Shown piece after piece: positions 61,413 to 64,000 of a DNA stretch of 64,000 nt. Below the pieces are notes generated by a model. It did no database searches and was not told where the DNA came from. It saw only the letters and a list, made by a program, of their open reading frames with translations. The stretch is taken from assembly GCA_021773215.1 (NCBI GenBank), contig JAJFKM010000041.1:1099-65098 (forward strand), in the 5' to 3' direction. Made by a program: the position numbers and the translations under genes. This DNA is from Gammaproteobacteria bacterium (GTDB lineage Bacteria > Pseudomonadota > Gammaproteobacteria > Eutrophobiales > Eutrophobiaceae). Within the stretch, counting starts at the first letter, position 1, and the number at the start of each line of letters is the position of its first letter.

Positions 61413-62165
61413 ATGACGATGCATTTTTTATTGAGCAACGATGATGGCTACCAATCCCCAGCCTTGGCCGCGTTAGCGGAGATGTTGGCTGAACTCGGAA
61501 AAGTAACCGTTGTTGCACCTGATAGAGATCGTAGTGGCGCGAGTAACTCACTGACATTAGATGCGCCACTTCATGTCAAACAAGATAGCCGTGGTTTTCA
61601 TTATGTAAACGGCACACCAACTGACTGCGTACATTTAGCGATTACCGGCATGTTAGATGAAGAGCCTGATATGGTTATTAGTGGCATCAATACCGGTGCA
61701 AACCTGGGTGATGATGTGCTTTATTCAGGGACAGTCGCAGCAGCCATGGAGGGACGTTTCATGGGTTGTCCTGCCATCGCATTTTCTCTAGCTGGAGAAA
61801 GACAATCTGACTACAAGCCAGCAGTAAGAATCGCCAGGAAAATTATTGAATCACTCATGGAAAAACCTTTAGAAGATGTGTTATTAAATGTGAATATTCC
61901 TGATATTGATTATGAACAAATAAAAGGCATGACAGTAACACGATTGGGTAACCGACATAAATCTGAACCTGTGCTTGAGGCATTTGATCCACGCGGTAGA
62001 AAAGTTTATTGGGTAGGACCAGTTGGTTCTGAACAAGATGCTGGCGAAGGCACGGATTTTCATGCCATTCGCTCTGATAAGGTTTCCATCACGCCATTGC
62101 AAATTGATTTAACACGGCACCAATCTTTAAAATCGTTATCTACCTGGATAGAAGGTCTAGACTGA
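61413..62165 (+). CDS. surE: 5'/3'-nucleotidase SurE
   Basis: [19 protein letters not shown]-terminal signature and [25 protein letters not shown]. Confidence 0.9.
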   Translation: MTMHFLLSNDDGYQSPALAALAEMLAELGKVTVVAPDRDRSGASNSLTLDAPLHVKQDSRGFHYVNGTPTDCVHLAITGMLDEEPDMVISGINTGANLGDDVLYSGTVAAAMEGRFMGCPAIAFSLAGERQSDYKPAVRIARKIIESLMEKPLEDVLLNVNIPDIDYEQIKGMTVTRLGNRHKSEPVLEAFDPRGRKVYWVGPVGSEQDAGEGTDFHAIRSDKVSITPLQIDLTRHQSLKSLSTWIEGLD

Positions 62166-62830
62166 TGATGGCTGAACATAGTGGTATCGGCATGACGTCA
62201 CAACGTACACGTGATCGCCTTGCAGAAACATTGGTGACAATGGGCATTAAATCAGACGTAGTACTCGATGCAATACGCAATACCCCGCGGCATCTTTTTG
62301 TTGATGAAGCCCTGGCGAGTCGCGCGTATGAAAATACCGCATTGCCTATCGGATTTAGCCAGACTATTTCACAACCGTATATTGTTGCAAAAATGACGGA
62401 AGCGTTGATAAAAGATAGAACTCTGGAAAATGTGTTGGAAGTGGGTACAGGTTGCGGATATCAAACAGTCATTATGGCGCAATTTACCAAACGCATTTAC
62501 ACCGTTGAACGTATCAATGGTTTGTTAATACGGGCACGTGAACGTTTTCAAAAACTGGGCTGTACCAATATTCGTAGTAAACATGCAGACGGTAATATTG
62601 GCTGGTCTACGCATGCCCCATTTGATGGCATTATTGTCGCCGCAGCACCTATTGGTGTGCCTGAAGCGTTATTAGAGCAGCTGGCTATTGAGGGACGATT
62701 GATAATCCCTGTTGGCAAGTCAGGTGATCAGAAATTACTATTGATTACCCGTAAAGAAGATGGGTATGAGGAAGAAATTATTGATTCGGTAAGTTTTGTA
62801 CCCATGCTTGGTGGCATTGATACAACTTAA
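62165..62830 (+). CDS. pcm: protein-L-isoaspartate O-methyltransferase
   Basis: TISQPYIVAKMTE, VLEVGTGCGYQTVIMA, and its position after surE. Confidence 0.9.
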   Translation: MMAEHSGIGMTSQRTRDRLAETLVTMGIKSDVVLDAIRNTPRHLFVDEALASRAYENTALPIGFSQTISQPYIVAKMTEALIKDRTLENVLEVGTGCGYQTVIMAQFTKRIYTVERINGLLIRARERFQKLGCTNIRSKHADGNIGWSTHAPFDGIIVAAAPIGVPEALLEQLAIEGRLIIPVGKSGDQKLLLITRKEDGYEEEIIDSVSFVPMLGGIDTT

Positions 62831-62840
62831 AAGGGATAGG

Positions 62841-63710
62841 ATGAGATCTTGTTATAAGAATGTAATTTATTTACTAATTATTATCTTGCTACAGGCATGT
62901 TCTGGAGTAGGTGTAGCCCCGGTCGCTAATCGCGGTGAAGTTAAAGAAGCAGCGCCGACAACAACTCAACGCGGTACTTCCACACAATCAAAACCAGCAC
63001 CAAAAGCTAAATCAACCATACAAAATAAATCGGGTTACCATATAGTTGGTAAAGGTGACACCTTATATTCAATTGCTTGGCGTTATAATCATGATTATAA
63101 AGCGGTAGCAAGCTGGAATAAGATCAATTCCCCCTATACGATTTATCCAGGACAACTGATTCGTTTAAAACCCCTTGTTGAAAAGAAAGCTGCACCGATT
63201 AAATCAAAAGTTATTGTAAAAACAGCACCTCCTTCATCACCACCAAAACCAGTAACTAAACCATTACCTAAAAAGCCAGTTAAAAAACCAGCTGTTGTCG
63301 CGCAAAAAAACAAGCCCAAGATCGCGCTACCAACAGGACCTATTAAATGGTCGTGGCCGACAACAGGAAAATTAGTCAAATCTAATTCACCCACATCAAA
63401 AAAAGGGATAGATATCTCTGGTAAATCTGGCCAGCGAATAAAAGCCGCGGCTGCTGGCGAAGTTGTCTACAGTGGGAGTGGACTTCTCGGTTATGGTAAG
63501 CTTATTATCATAAAACATAATGAAACGTATCTGAGTGCCTATGCATATAACAGTAAACTTTTGGTCAAGGAAGGCGATAGAGTTAGCGCTGGTCAGCAAA
63601 TCTCTGAAATGGGACAAGACCATACCGGTCGTACTGTGCTTCATTTTGAAATACGCAAGAATGGCAAACCGATTACGCCTACCAAACATCTGCCTAAAAA
63701 GCGCGCATAA
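62841..63710 (+). CDS. nlpD: LysM-M23 peptidase lipoprotein NlpD
   Basis: Lipobox LLQACSG. LysM ([17 protein letters not shown]), a Pro/Lys-rich linker, and the M23 domain ([24 protein letters not shown]...[13 protein letters not shown]). Start is at an internal ATG of the track ORF. Confidence 0.85.
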   Translation: MRSCYKNVIYLLIIILLQACSGVGVAPVANRGEVKEAAPTTTQRGTSTQSKPAPKAKSTIQNKSGYHIVGKGDTLYSIAWRYNHDYKAVASWNKINSPYTIYPGQLIRLKPLVEKKAAPIKSKVIVKTAPPSSPPKPVTKPLPKKPVKKPAVVAQKNKPKIALPTGPIKWSWPTTGKLVKSNSPTSKKGIDISGKSGQRIKAAAAGEVVYSGSGLLGYGKLIIIKHNETYLSAYAYNSKLLVKEGDRVSAGQQISEMGQDHTGRTVLHFEIRKNGKPITPTKHLPKKRA

Positions 63711-63733
63711 GCGTTCATCGTAACGGTGATTGT

Positions 63734-64000
63734 ATGAAAGAAGATACGACAAACTCTAAATCAGAACAAAAATTAAAAGATAAAGAAAGCGAAGACGCTT
63801 CCGTGAGCAATGAAGAGTTAGAAGATATCGTCGAAATTGATGAAAAGGATGATGAAAAAAACACAAAAAAAATAACTTCTGAAGCGGCACCAGTTACATC
63901 TGGCGATTTGGATGCAACGCGGCTGTATTTAAATGAGATTGGCTTTTCTCCCTTATTGACTGCTGAAGAAGAAGTTTATTTCTCACGAAAGTTATTAAAG
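63734..64000 (+). CDS. rpoS: RNA polymerase sigma factor RpoS, N-terminal part (continues beyond the window)
   Basis: ...[30 protein letters not shown] is the sigma70 region 1.2/2.1 signature, and the position after nlpD fits. Confidence 0.85.
   Translation, partial: MKEDTTNSKSEQKLKDKESEDASVSNEELEDIVEIDEKDDEKNTKKITSEAAPVTSGDLDATRLYLNEIGFSPLLTAEEEVYFSRKLLK

Overview
This 64-kb window looks like a low-GC (about 40% by eye) gammaproteobacterial chromosome with Pseudomonas-like gene order. The first ~15 kb is an accessory, compositionally mosaic region anchored at a tRNA-Asn(GTT) gene. It contains a GC-rich ~4.8-kb block (about 290-5200) encoding a 717-aa polytopic membrane protein, a free-standing paralog of its C-terminal domain and a secreted protein. 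Next to it is a very AT-rich ~7-kb sugar/lipid-modification cluster (5832-12735) with a GMD/Rmd-like dehydratase, a GT2-methyltransferase fusion, two zinc-ribbon SAM methyltransferases, a membrane desaturase-family protein and a TylCIII-like C-methyltransferase. This is followed by decayed mobility remnants: an IS3 orfA with an A7 slippery site but no orfB, a frameshifted LamG fragment and a tyrosine-integrase C-terminal fragment. A 39-bp perfect direct repeat of the tRNA-Asn 3' half (att-like) delimits a 762-bp mini-island carrying one 178-aa ORF. The remainder is core genome: aspC-like, uvrB, tRNA-Val, thrS-infC-rpmI-rplT-pheS-pheT-ihfA-merR, tRNA-Pro, a Sel1 lipoprotein, glmS, a sigma54-RR/Hpt/hybrid-kinase phosphorelay, an isochorismatase/TolC/rhodanese/PIMT-like group, a TPP riboswitch with thiC, glnE encoded as two ORFs overlapping in TAATG, putP-like, apt, tag, greB, aas, mltD, gloB, yafS-like, rnhA-dnaQ, grxD, argD, argF and surE-pcm-nlpD-rpoS. 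The observations most worth follow-up are (i) a minus-strand operon of GT2, an atypical PTP-like phosphatase, an MTAN-family nucleosidase and an SPL-like radical-SAM enzyme (42720-45807), (ii) the methyltransferase-dense AT-rich island, (iii) the GC-rich membrane-protein/paralog block, (iv) the att-flanked mini-island, and (v) a 182-bp element with perfect 26-bp terminal inverted repeats between uvrB and tRNA-Val. No CRISPR array and no rRNA genes were seen. All family assignments are from motif and alignment memory, not from database searches.
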